From the NCBI GenBank assembly GCA_964460875.1, contig CAYWQN010000002.1:1-43527 (forward strand): a stretch of DNA of 43,527 nucleotides. The letters are read 5' to 3'. The translations under genes and the position numbers were made by a program. This document shows, piece by piece, positions 35,938 to 43,527 of the stretch. The first letter of the stretch is position 1. Every line of letters begins with the position of its first letter. Source of the DNA: an uncultured Candidatus Saccharibacteria bacterium (GTDB taxonomy: Bacteria > Patescibacteriota > Minisyncoccia > Phycocordibacterales > Phycocordibacteraceae). Below the pieces are notes generated by a model. That model saw nothing but the letters and a program-made list of their open reading frames with translations, had not been told where the DNA came from and made no database searches.

Positions 35938-37392
35938 ATGATGCGCTTCACGTACGCCGCCGCTCTCATCCTCCTGCTTACGGGCGCGCCCGTCGTCGCA
36001 ACCGCAGCGACCATTCAAGTAACGCCCGCATCAGTCTCCGTGCATGCAGGCGATATCGTGACGGTGCGCCTCATCGCGAACACCCAGGGGGCGGCCATAA
36101 ACCAGGGCGAAGGCACGCTCCGCTTCCCGACCGACATGCTCGACGTAGTGTCTGCAAGCAAAGCAGGCTCCATATTCACGCTCTGGGTGGAGGAGCCCGC
36201 GTACTCGAACGGCGCCGGTACCGTGCATTTCGACGGCGGCGTGCCCACCCCGGGGTACACCGGCTCCGCGGGTACCATGCTTGCCATCACCTTTCATGCA
36301 AAAAAAGCCGGGACGGCGACGCTTTCGCTTACCGATAGCGCGCTCCGGGCAAACGACGGCTTCGGCACCGACGTGCTGACCGCGTCAAACGGGGGAGTCA
36401 TTACCATCACGGAGACGGTAGCGCCTGCGCCAACACCCGCGACGCCTGCGCCCGCCACACCGAGCGCGCCCGTCGGCGCCGGCAGCATCGCTTCGCTCAC
36501 CTCGTCAACGCACAGCGATCAGACCGCGTGGTACCAGAACGAGAATGCCTTGATGACGTGGCAGCTCCCGGCAGGCGCTACCGCCGTGCAGACTATCGTC
36601 GACCGCAGCGCGACTGCGGCGCCTTCGGTCGAGTACAAGCCGGCTATCGTCGAGAAGCGCGTCACTAACCTTGCTGACGGCGTGTGGTACTTCGGAGTGC
36701 GCGCGAAAGTAGGAGGCGCCTGGGGGCCGGTAGCGCGCTACACGCTCCAGATTGACCGCTCGGCTCCCGAGCTCGCCTCAACCATAACGCTCGACTACGA
36801 TGAAGCGGCTCAGGATCTCCTCATATCCGGCGTATCCGCCTCTGACGAGGTGTCCGGCATCGACCACTACGAGCTTTCGGTAGACGGGAAGAATCCGCTT
36901 CGGGTGGCGTCAGACGCTTTTGCCGGAGGTTCGTACCGCCTCCACTACGCAAAGACGGGCACGCACTCGATACAGCTTCGCGCGTATGACAAGGCGGGGA
37001 ACCACACCGAGGCTTCCGGCTCGTTCAATACCCCGACGCCGCTTGCCGACCAGACGCTCTGGCGCATAGGCGGCCTCTCCATCACCTTCGCCTGGTTCAT
37101 ACTGCTCGTTCTCCTCATATCGCTTGTTTCGCTCGCAGCTGCAGCGACCGCTTGGTATAAACTGTATATGCTCCGCGCGGGAGCGAAATCCCGCGTCGAG
37201 AAGCGCGACAAGATGCTGCACCGCTCGCTACGCATCTATAAAGAAGAGCTGGAGCGGCACCTGCGCACTTTGGAACGTGCAGGATCAAAGCGCGAGCTCA
37301 CCGACGAGGAGGCGGACCTGAACGAAGACCTCAAGAAGAACGTGGACGACCTGGAACGCTATCTGACCAAAGAGTTCAAGAAGTACGATTAG
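35938..37392 (+). CDS. Membrane-anchored cohesin-domain protein (484 aa) with Ig/FN3-like middle region and cytoplasmic coiled-coil tail
   Basis: Signal peptide MMRFTYAAALILLLTGAPVVATA. Cohesin-like segment IQVTPASVSVHAGDIVTVRLIANTQGAAINQGEGTLRFPTDMLDVVS...GTMLAITFHAKKAGTATLSL. Pro/Ala/Thr linker, then TM FAWFILLVLLISLVSLAAAATAW, then a charged tail. The start is trimmed from the track value 35710 to the ATG just after the upstream stop. Confidence 0.62.
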   Translation: MMRFTYAAALILLLTGAPVVATAATIQVTPASVSVHAGDIVTVRLIANTQGAAINQGEGTLRFPTDMLDVVSASKAGSIFTLWVEEPAYSNGAGTVHFDGGVPTPGYTGSAGTMLAITFHAKKAGTATLSLTDSALRANDGFGTDVLTASNGGVITITETVAPAPTPATPAPATPSAPVGAGSIASLTSSTHSDQTAWYQNENALMTWQLPAGATAVQTIVDRSATAAPSVEYKPAIVEKRVTNLADGVWYFGVRAKVGGAWGPVARYTLQIDRSAPELASTITLDYDEAAQDLLISGVSASDEVSGIDHYELSVDGKNPLRVASDAFAGGSYRLHYAKTGTHSIQLRAYDKAGNHTEASGSFNTPTPLADQTLWRIGGLSITFAWFILLVLLISLVSLAAAATAWYKLYMLRAGAKSRVEKRDKMLHRSLRIYKEELERHLRTLERAGSKRELTDEEADLNEDLKKNVDDLERYLTKEFKKYD

Positions 37393-37395
37393 AGC

Positions 37396-37425
37396 TTGAC
37401 AATATACTACTCAGTGTTATATAAT
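37396..37425 (+). promoter_or_regulatory. Sigma70-like promoter TTGACA-18 nt-TATAAT, with the -10 ending 8 nt before ATG 37434
   Basis: TTGACA at 37396-37401 and TATAAT at 37420-37425. No Shine-Dalgarno sequence before the ATG. Confidence 0.5.
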
Positions 37426-37433
37426 AATTACAC

Positions 37434-39275
37434 ATGAAATCCGCCGCAGAGCGGGCTCCAAATAGAGATAATCGCAAGGACGGCGCGCCGAAGCGTCCTA
37501 ATCTCCATATCGCAGGACCTGAAGACCTGGAGCGCCTGAAGCGCAAGGAGGCAGGACAGCTGCGCGACCAGTACGTCATACACGAACCAGAGGCAATCGC
37601 TATAGCTGCGCCCACTGAGGATGAGCTGGCGCAGCTCGATCCGCTAGTCCGTAAAGCGGTGATGAAAGCGTACAAAGACGCAAAAGAGACGCAGCGTGAA
37701 GACTATAAGAGAGGCGTGAAGGAACGCGAGGCAACGCGTACGCGACCTAAACGCATCGGCATACTCTCAGCCGAGTACCAGGCGAACATGGCTATGATAA
37801 AAGGCCAGAACCCGACCGACACGCTCGGCCCTATGGAGAGCACCGGCGGCATCACGTCCCCGCGCTATCAGGAAGTGCTGCGCCAGCGCCGTCAGCTCGC
37901 AAAGATTCAGGAAGCACAGGAGTTCAAGCCCTTCACGCGCATACTCCCGAGAATGATCGGCAATTTCATATTCGGCAAGCGCCCCGTCCCGCTCGTAAAA
38001 AGCGGCGAGGCTAAAAAAACTATTCGCGGACTTGCGGCGCTGCTTGCCCTCGGCGGCGCGAACATTGCGACCGCGCACCCGGAAGACCATGAGTCGCATC
38101 GTACTGGAAGCCCCATCGAACACGCGCTCGCAGAAGCAGAGCTCGCTCAAGCGGAGCGCACCTTGAGCGGCCCGGCAGCAGAGAGCGCGCTCAACATCAT
38201 TGACCGCATGTGGCAAACCAAGGGCGCCAATGCAATATCGCGCGGCCACGACACCGCTTCGCAGCGCCTTGCCATGCATACGCAGCTCAAGGAGGCCTTG
38301 GAAGACGGCCGCGTGCATCACCTCTCGCTTGATGACGAGCTTGCGAGCTCTATGGGCATCCAGGAAAGCGAGTACCGTGAACGCAGCATCACGCAAATCA
38401 TTGCCGGTCATGACACCTTCGACTGGTATACCTTCTCAGAGGATTTCCAGCTCAGCGCCGAGCAGCGCGCAACCACCGAGCGTCTTGTTCGGCTTGTCTC
38501 TCCTGGAATGATTGAGTCTATCTTCTTAAACGAAGTAATGGGGGAAGGGGACGGCGAGCAAAATGTCGCAGCATGGGCCAGGACGCTCGGCACATTGGGC
38601 GAAGGCACTTCCATGGTCCCTACCTTGGGCGACCGCTACGGCATCGTCGGTCCCGGCCAAGAAACTCTTACGCTCGCTCCGGACCAGTCGGTAGGACGGA
38701 TGAGCCGTTACATTTCCTCGGAAGGGTTCTGGTATCTGAATCTTCCCACTTCGTTCGCAGATACTCGCTCGGATTATGAGCGGGGAAGCCATATGGGCTT
38801 CCGTACCTCGCTTGAGACAAACGCACGCGTGCCCCGCTCTCTGGCCGAAGAACGCCTCGAAGTCGCCCTAAACGCGGCCTACAACATTGCTCGCGCAAGC
38901 CAGTCCCTGGAATCACAGCGCGGCTTGAACTACATCGCGCAGATTGCCGAGAACACGCAACCGGAGAATGCACGGCAGCGCGCCCTCGCGCTCACGCGCC
39001 TCGCGGAATTCGTCGGTATGGCGCATAACAACCCGGGCGATGCCCTCAAGGCGCTTAGCGAATGGTCGCGCGCCGGACATCGTTTGAACATAGCGCTTCA
39101 CACCTACGCACCGCGAGATTCCATCGTGCAGGACTATGGCGCTCGCGCCGTCATGAATTACCCGGCAATGGAAGAGTATGCCACGCGGGTATTTGCGCAG
39201 CGCGGCGTCCGGCTTCCACAGGAAACCCCGGCTTTCGAGCGTATTCGCAGCAATATCAGGCGCGGCATTCAGTAA
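37434..39275 (+). CDS. Hypothetical 613-aa protein with a basic N-terminal region and one internal hydrophobic segment
   Basis: Long ORF. The hydrophobic stretch IRGLAALLALGGANIATA near residue 200 suggests an N-in signal-anchor. No family recognised. Confidence 0.65.
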   Translation: MKSAAERAPNRDNRKDGAPKRPNLHIAGPEDLERLKRKEAGQLRDQYVIHEPEAIAIAAPTEDELAQLDPLVRKAVMKAYKDAKETQREDYKRGVKEREATRTRPKRIGILSAEYQANMAMIKGQNPTDTLGPMESTGGITSPRYQEVLRQRRQLAKIQEAQEFKPFTRILPRMIGNFIFGKRPVPLVKSGEAKKTIRGLAALLALGGANIATAHPEDHESHRTGSPIEHALAEAELAQAERTLSGPAAESALNIIDRMWQTKGANAISRGHDTASQRLAMHTQLKEALEDGRVHHLSLDDELASSMGIQESEYRERSITQIIAGHDTFDWYTFSEDFQLSAEQRATTERLVRLVSPGMIESIFLNEVMGEGDGEQNVAAWARTLGTLGEGTSMVPTLGDRYGIVGPGQETLTLAPDQSVGRMSRYISSEGFWYLNLPTSFADTRSDYERGSHMGFRTSLETNARVPRSLAEERLEVALNAAYNIARASQSLESQRGLNYIAQIAENTQPENARQRALALTRLAEFVGMAHNNPGDALKALSEWSRAGHRLNIALHTYAPRDSIVQDYGARAVMNYPAMEEYATRVFAQRGVRLPQETPAFERIRSNIRRGIQ

Positions 39276-39363
39276 TAAAGGCGTTCATGCATCCCTCATG
39301 GGCGTTCCGGTAGGGTACAGGGGTTAGGCGCGAAGGCACTAACGTAACCTAACCTTTGTATCT

Positions 39364-39594
39364 ATGAAGACAATATTCTTGGGAGCGCTTGCGCTGGCTG
39401 CCGTTGTTGCCGTACCGGCATCCTCGTTCGCAGCAACCTATGCCTATGTGAACACGGCGGGCGAAGTGATGACGGTAGAGGCGGCGACGCCGAATGCCGC
39501 CATTCAGACCGCGCCGAACATCGCGGTCCACAGCGGCGTGATGACCGTAGGAGCAGACGATGCAGTCCTTGGCGACCGCGTCGGCGGCGTGTAA
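39364..39594 (+). CDS. Small secreted hypothetical protein (76 aa)
   Basis: Classical signal peptide MKTIFLGALALAAVVAVPASSFA followed by a short mature region. Confidence 0.6.
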   Translation: MKTIFLGALALAAVVAVPASSFAATYAYVNTAGEVMTVEAATPNAAIQTAPNIAVHSGVMTVGADDAVLGDRVGGV

Positions 39595-39718
39595 TCGATA
39601 CTCATTCGACTCGTCTGAACTCTCGAAGCACTTCGCTCCGAGAGTTCATGCTGCCCGAGAATACGCCTTCATGAAGATTCCGCAGCCTCGCTCATAATCG
39701 TTTTCCGCATTACCATTC

Positions 39719-40543
39719 ATGCACGCATCTATGAAAAATTTCGCACTCATCCCGAGCCTGTTGCTGGCCATTACGCTCATAGGAGCCCCGCTTGGCGCAT
39801 TCGCTGCAACCGCCTCCGGCAGCTTCGACCAAACCTCGCTCACCACAAGCACCACGAAGCCGACTATCGAAGGGTCCGCTGAAAACGTAAAGACGGTGCG
39901 TATTACGCTCGCCGACGCGAACGGGAAATCCGTGTATAAAAGCGGCACGATAAAAGTTAAGAATGGAGAGTGGGCGAAGAAAATCCCTAAAAAGCTCAAG
40001 GAAGGGAACTACGCGGTCACGCTCTATGGATCCAAGATCTCAAGCAGCACCGCTCTCGCTAGCAGCACGCTTGCCGTACTCGGCAAAGGGGAGACGGGCG
40101 GGTCTGTTTCAGTCTCCATGATTCCCCTCTTGTTCGGCGGAAATGCGCTCCATGGCGTTTCTATACCGGTAGCCTATGTCAAAGTCTCAAACACCGGCAC
40201 GGCCTCAACCTCGATCTCGGGATTCAATCTCACCGAAAACGGCTCAGCGCCCGACGATGTGGTTATCGGCTTCTCGACGAGCGATGATAAAGGTGCCTCA
40301 AGGACGACTATCGGCGGCACGGAAGGATCGACGCAATTCAAAAAAGGTGCAGCCTTTGTCCCGCTTGCAGGCACTATCGGCCCCAAGCAGTTCCGCATCT
40401 ATACGATAAAAGCGATTCTTTCCAAGAATAGCGGCAGCTACTACGGGACGAAGCTCATGATAAACGTCGTATCGGTAGCGACCGGCGCAAAAGTTTCCGG
40501 CATTATGCCGCTCCGCGGCACGACCTGGACCCTGGTCTATTAA
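39719..40543 (+). CDS. Secreted hypothetical protein (274 aa), beta-rich
   Basis: Signal peptide MKNFALIPSLLLAITLIGAPLGAFA; the ATG at 39731 is probably the true start. Ser/Thr/Gly-rich mature part. Confidence 0.65.
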   Translation: MHASMKNFALIPSLLLAITLIGAPLGAFAATASGSFDQTSLTTSTTKPTIEGSAENVKTVRITLADANGKSVYKSGTIKVKNGEWAKKIPKKLKEGNYAVTLYGSKISSSTALASSTLAVLGKGETGGSVSVSMIPLLFGGNALHGVSIPVAYVKVSNTGTASTSISGFNLTENGSAPDDVVIGFSTSDDKGASRTTIGGTEGSTQFKKGAAFVPLAGTIGPKQFRIYTIKAILSKNSGSYYGTKLMINVVSVATGAKVSGIMPLRGTTWTLVY

Positions 40544-40569
40544 AAACAAATCAAAGCGCGCTAAATAAA

Positions 40570-40592
40570 AACGCCTCCGACACGGAGGCGTT
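40570..40592. terminator. Hairpin terminator downstream of the 39719-40543 gene, with its U tract on the minus strand
   Basis: 10-bp stem AACGCCTCCG / CGGAGGCGTT with loop ACA. It is preceded by TAAATAAAA, so the minus-strand reading is hairpin plus TTTTTATTT. There is no T run on the plus side. Confidence 0.55.
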
Positions 40593-40915
40593 ACGCGATG
40601 CAGAACGGGAACAGAAGCTGTAGGTATGCCTCGAAACCCCCAACGGCAAGAGACACATGCTAATCCTGCCCCGTCCTGCACCACGGTACGAACGCGAGGT
40701 AAATTCGTACTCGACCAGAGTACGACAGGCCTCCCCTAGCGTCAAATTACGGCCCACTATAAGGATATCTCGGCACGCCGAGGGATATCCGTGAGGGCAG
40801 GGGACTTCCCCGGCTTTTTAGCCTTTTCGGGGGAGTATCTGCCAAAGCGGCTTTTACCTACGGCATTTTCTTTCTTGGATGCAGCAGGGAATAAAACGAT
40901 GGCGTACATCGCAAA

Positions 40916-40967
40916 GATGCAGAATGTGCGCAACCAAAGACAGGGGAGGCAGCGCACATTCTGCATC
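40916..40967. repeat. Perfect 16-bp inverted repeat (hairpin with 20-nt loop)
   Basis: GATGCAGAATGTGCGC (40916-40931) and GCGCACATTCTGCATC (40952-40967). Confidence 0.85.
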
Positions 40968-40970
40968 CAT

Positions 40971-41018
40971 CTTTTGCAAAGTACTCCCCGGGCTTTGCCT
41001 AGGAGTACTTCGCAAAAG
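40971..41018. repeat. 17-bp inverted repeat with one mismatch (hairpin with 14-nt loop)
   Basis: CTTTTGCAAAGTACTCC (40971-40987) and GGAGTACTTCGCAAAAG (41002-41018). Confidence 0.8.
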
Positions 41019-41275
41019 ATATATTGTGCGAAGCTTATCTATTCTGACCTGGCCAGGACAAGACCCTATAAAACAGCCTTTTAAATTCGCTTCACTTCCC
41101 TCCTTTTCACCCCCAACCTCAGATATTTTTCAAAAATAGTTCAGCGGCCATAAGTATCCATAATATTTTTATCTCATTTTTACCCCTTCCCCAAAAATCG
41201 ATTTTTGACAGTGGGGAGGGGTCAAAATCGTTTACTGCGCGGTGCTTCAAATCCCGCTCCCCTGCCCTAAAGATA

Positions 41276-41301
41276 CGGCTCCGCAGGTATGTGCGGAGCC
41301 G
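41276..41301 (-). terminator. Hairpin downstream of the minus-strand gene 41334-41978
   Basis: 10-bp perfect stem CGGCTCCGCA / TGCGGAGCCG with loop GGTATG. Only a weak T-rich tail (TATCTTT) follows on the minus strand. Confidence 0.5.
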
Positions 41302-41333
41302 GTAGGTTTTAGTGGCGGTACTGAGGTTGTCGT

Positions 41334-41978
41334 TTACGCGTACGCGATACGATATCCGCTTTCATCCCAGACCGCGATCGTGTAGAACGCGTCGGGATGA
41401 TTGTAGTCGTAGACGACGAGAAACGGGTCGAGCTTGAAGAATTCGACCTTGATGCCCAAGTCCGGACGCGCGTGCCGCAGTCGGCCCGCAAGCTGCTGGA
41501 TGTGTTCCGGAACCGACCGGTTCATGTGATTCATGAACAGATTCAGTTCGGTGTAGTCCCAGCGCGAGCCGTTGAACGCCTTGAAGACTTGATGAAAGCC
41601 CCAAGTCAGAGCGGACGCGACGGCCAAGCCTTGCGCGAACACGAGCAGCGCCGGAAGCGACGGACCGAACGCGTTGCCGCTTACCTGCGCCGAGGTCGCT
41701 GACACGATAGTAACCAGCGCCGAGGCGATGAGGTACAGCGGAATCGCAAGGTACTTGAGGATGTCGGCGATTTCTGCAGTCGTTCGGGTAAACGTCGTCT
41801 TTGACGCTTTGTAATCTTCGACCTCCACCTGCTTGAAGGGCCGGATGTTGAGCCTCCGAAGGTCGCTCAAGATCATCCGTCGCGCGATAGAAGTCGGGTC
41901 GCGAACAACCTTCCCGTCCTGCACGATGCCGTCAATTTCAAAAACGTCCATTTGACCAAGTGAACTGAGATTGGCCAT
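41334..41978 (-). CDS. Hypothetical membrane protein (214 aa, two predicted TM helices)
   Basis: ATG at 41978 sits 6 nt after AAGGAGAGG. The track ORF extends to 42383, but that extension is antisense to the divergent gene and has no ribosome-binding site. Confidence 0.6.
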   Translation of the reverse strand: MANLSSLGQMDVFEIDGIVQDGKVVRDPTSIARRMILSDLRRLNIRPFKQVEVEDYKASKTTFTRTTAEIADILKYLAIPLYLIASALVTIVSATSAQVSGNAFGPSLPALLVFAQGLAVASALTWGFHQVFKAFNGSRWDYTELNLFMNHMNRSVPEHIQQLAGRLRHARPDLGIKVEFFKLDPFLVVYDYNHPDAFYTIAVWDESGYRIAYA

Positions 41979-42110
41979 TGCTGACCTCTCCTTTTCTTCT
42001 TTTTTGTGGTCTGTACGGGGCACTATTGTCCCGCACCTCTCCGTTATATGCCGTATGGGGGGCGCCGTCAAAACCCGTCTTCCCTGCTCGAAAAGCGGTA
42101 TACTCGGTCC

Positions 42111-42536
42111 ATGGAAGATATTCTCAAGGTGGGCGAAAACGCCTATGAATTCCCGGAAGACGGCAAGATACGGAATCTTGATACTCGCCTCTTCGAGACC
42201 GAACGCATGGGCGCCGTCCTTGAAACCATTATAGATAAATTGGAACGCATGGTGCCGCCTGGCCGCACTCTCGCGCTCATGAATCCAGCCCAGCGCGCCG
42301 CCGCCCGGGAAGAACTCATAAGCGCGCAGAATCTGTTCGGCGAATTCGGCTATCACTATGACGAGTGTATGAAGCTCGGCCATCCGCTCGTGGACGCCCC
42401 TACCCTTTCGGAGGCTGCTCAGAGCACTGCGCTCGAAAAGCTTTTGAAGCTGACGGATTTGAGCAATCGCCTGAGCGAGCGTCTTACCGTGCTCGCGATA
42501 CGCATGGGCGCAGAAGCCGCCGGTTCAAATCCCTAG
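42111..42536 (+). CDS. Hypothetical protein (141 aa)
   Basis: TATACT lies 6 nt upstream of ATG 42111; the track start is 42006. Helical, charged sequence with no family recognised. Its stop overlaps the LOG gene stop (CTAG). Confidence 0.5.
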   Translation: MEDILKVGENAYEFPEDGKIRNLDTRLFETERMGAVLETIIDKLERMVPPGRTLALMNPAQRAAAREELISAQNLFGEFGYHYDECMKLGHPLVDAPTLSEAAQSTALEKLLKLTDLSNRLSERLTVLAIRMGAEAAGSNP

Positions 42537-43279
42537 CACTTCACGTTCCGCGTGATGTAGTCGTACGCCTCCTCGACGGAGTCGACGACGTGATAGAGCT
42601 GCATGTCGCCGTCATCGATGGTGTGATACGTCGCATTGAGGTCATCTTGGAAATGCTTCAGCAGGGGCTCCCAGTACGCTTTGCTGTAGAGGACGATAGG
42701 CACCTGCTTTATCTTCTTGGTTTGCACGAGGGTGAGTATCTCGAAGAACTCATCGAGCGTGCCGAAGCCGCCCGGGAAATAGATGTAAACCTCGGAAGAG
42801 AACGTGAGCATTACTTTGCGGACGAAGAAGTGATCGAAGAAGAGCTGCTCGGTGACGTAGCGATTCATGGGCTGGGCCGTATCGAGCTTGATGTTGAGGC
42901 CTATCGAGGCACCGCCCGCTTCATACGCGCCCTTGTTCGCAGCTTCCATGATGCCGGCGGACCCGCCCGTGATTATTGCAAAGCCCTGCTTGGCAAGCTT
43001 CCCGGCAAGCTCCGTAGCTGCTTCATATATTTCAGGGGCGAGCGAGGCGCGGGTGGAGCCGAAGAAGGACGCCGCCGTACCGTACTTCTGGATGAGCTCG
43101 AAGCCTTCCACGAACTCTGACATGATTTTGAATACGCGCCATGGCTCGAGCTCGCGCGGCTTACAGACGAGCGGCTCCGGATTCTCTGGCATCGCGAGCT
43201 CGCCTCCTGGAGCCATGAGCGCAAGATGCGCGCTCATCTTCTCTTTGAGCTGCGTGTTGTTCGCTATTTCGTCAGCCAT
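42533..43279 (-). CDS. LOG-family protein (TIGR00730-type Rossmann fold; cytokinin riboside 5'-monophosphate phosphoribohydrolase-like)
   Basis: ITGGSAGIMEAANKGA and FPGGFGTLDEFFEILTLVQT motifs (GGGxGxM / PGGxGTxxE). Confidence 0.85.
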   Translation of the reverse strand: MADEIANNTQLKEKMSAHLALMAPGGELAMPENPEPLVCKPRELEPWRVFKIMSEFVEGFELIQKYGTAASFFGSTRASLAPEIYEAATELAGKLAKQGFAIITGGSAGIMEAANKGAYEAGGASIGLNIKLDTAQPMNRYVTEQLFFDHFFVRKVMLTFSSEVYIYFPGGFGTLDEFFEILTLVQTKKIKQVPIVLYSKAYWEPLLKHFQDDLNATYHTIDDGDMQLYHVVDSVEEAYDYITRNVKC

Positions 43280-43527
43280 GGTATCGGAAAGGACTCATAC
43301 TCAGGTAATAGAGTTTTAGTATACGCTATGCGCGATACGACTTCCGCGTGCCAGAGCGCACCCGTTAACGCGTTATGCGGCTTCGCCTCTTCCGGAATGC
43401 CGCAGTATTCGAGAATCGCTTTTGAATTGAGAGCGGAGTGATGACGTTCGGTCGGAGGCACGCTCCCCCGCTCGGTCATGTGGAGCCACACGAGGGTATG
43501 GAGGTCGACCGTTCTTTTCGCGAACGG
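43264..43527 (-). CDS. DnaQ-like 3'-5' exonuclease domain protein, C-terminal part (5' end outside the window)
   Basis: The frame is open to the window edge. The C-terminal Exo III-like motif HNALTGALWHAEVV fits H-x-A-x-x-D-A in position. Overlaps the LOG gene start by 16 nt. Confidence 0.55.
   Translation of the reverse strand, partial: PFAKRTVDLHTLVWLHMTERGSVPPTERHHSALNSKAILEYCGIPEEAKPHNALTGALWHAEVVSRIAYTKTLLPEYESFPIPWLTK

Noticed and set aside
40596-40860. RNase P RNA or tmRNA on the minus strand of the noncoding island
   Set aside because: GGGGAAGTCCCC and GCAGGACGGGG resemble conserved segments, but the partner elements (ACAGAA-CCGGCUUA, and a T arm with CCA-adjacent acceptor) are absent.
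41100-41230. Replication origin (an AT-rich stretch with DnaA-box-like GTATCCATA)
   Set aside because: The best matches to TTATCCACA are 7/9 and 6/9. Neither is repeated, and no dnaA or dnaN gene is adjacent.
41979-42383. N-terminal 135-aa extension of the minus-strand ORF 41334-42383
   Set aside because: It is antisense to the divergent plus-strand gene and has no ribosome-binding site. The internal ATG 41978 follows a perfect AAGGAGAGG.
42512-42536. tRNA-like T-loop GGTTCAAATCC
   Set aside because: The flanks cannot form a T stem (GCCGG against CCCTA). It lies inside two overlapping coding-gene ends.

Overview
This 43.5-kb window comes from a compact, mostly plus-strand bacterial genome with short or overlapping intergenic spacers and a standard genetic code (TAG, TGA and TAA all terminate good ORFs).

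Backbone, about 1-19.5 kb: housekeeping genes. These include five aminoacyl-tRNA synthetases (lysS, tyrS, trpS, aspS, gltX), tRNA-Tyr(GTA), a Nif3-like gene, scpA/scpB, a minimal cell-wall/division block (DD-carboxypeptidase, mraY, ftsW, murG) and an EnvC-like M23 peptidase.

Accessory part, about 19.5-41.3 kb:
- a P-loop kinase-like gene, an AlkA-like glycosylase and small unknown ORFs
- a two-component pair whose OmpR-type response regulator carries an in-frame TAG
- a tightly packed operon of four unknown proteins ending in tatC-tatA; tatA is below the ORF-track length cutoff
- a 2,283-aa tandem-repeat protein with a 17-Gly linker and a C-terminal type-I dockerin, followed by two membrane-anchored cohesin-like proteins
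- three further secreted or membrane unknowns
- a roughly 0.75-kb hairpin-rich noncoding island

The window ends with two unknown divergent genes, a LOG-family gene and a partial DnaQ-like exonuclease.

Most interesting candidate: the contiguous surface module at 23.2-37.4 kb, combining the Tat-linked unknown operon with the dockerin fibre and cohesin anchors.

Other notable points:
- a GC-composition break inside the repeat array
- a recurrent -10 box 6-8 nt from start codons, suggesting leaderless mRNAs
- a duplicated tRNA-Tyr 3' end
- small unannotated ORFs with a canonical promoter

No transposase, integrase, rRNA or CRISPR array was seen. The gene content and the archaeal-type short AspRS resemble Patescibacteria/CPR genomes; that is inference only. 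All functional calls rest on motif recognition by eye, with no database searches.
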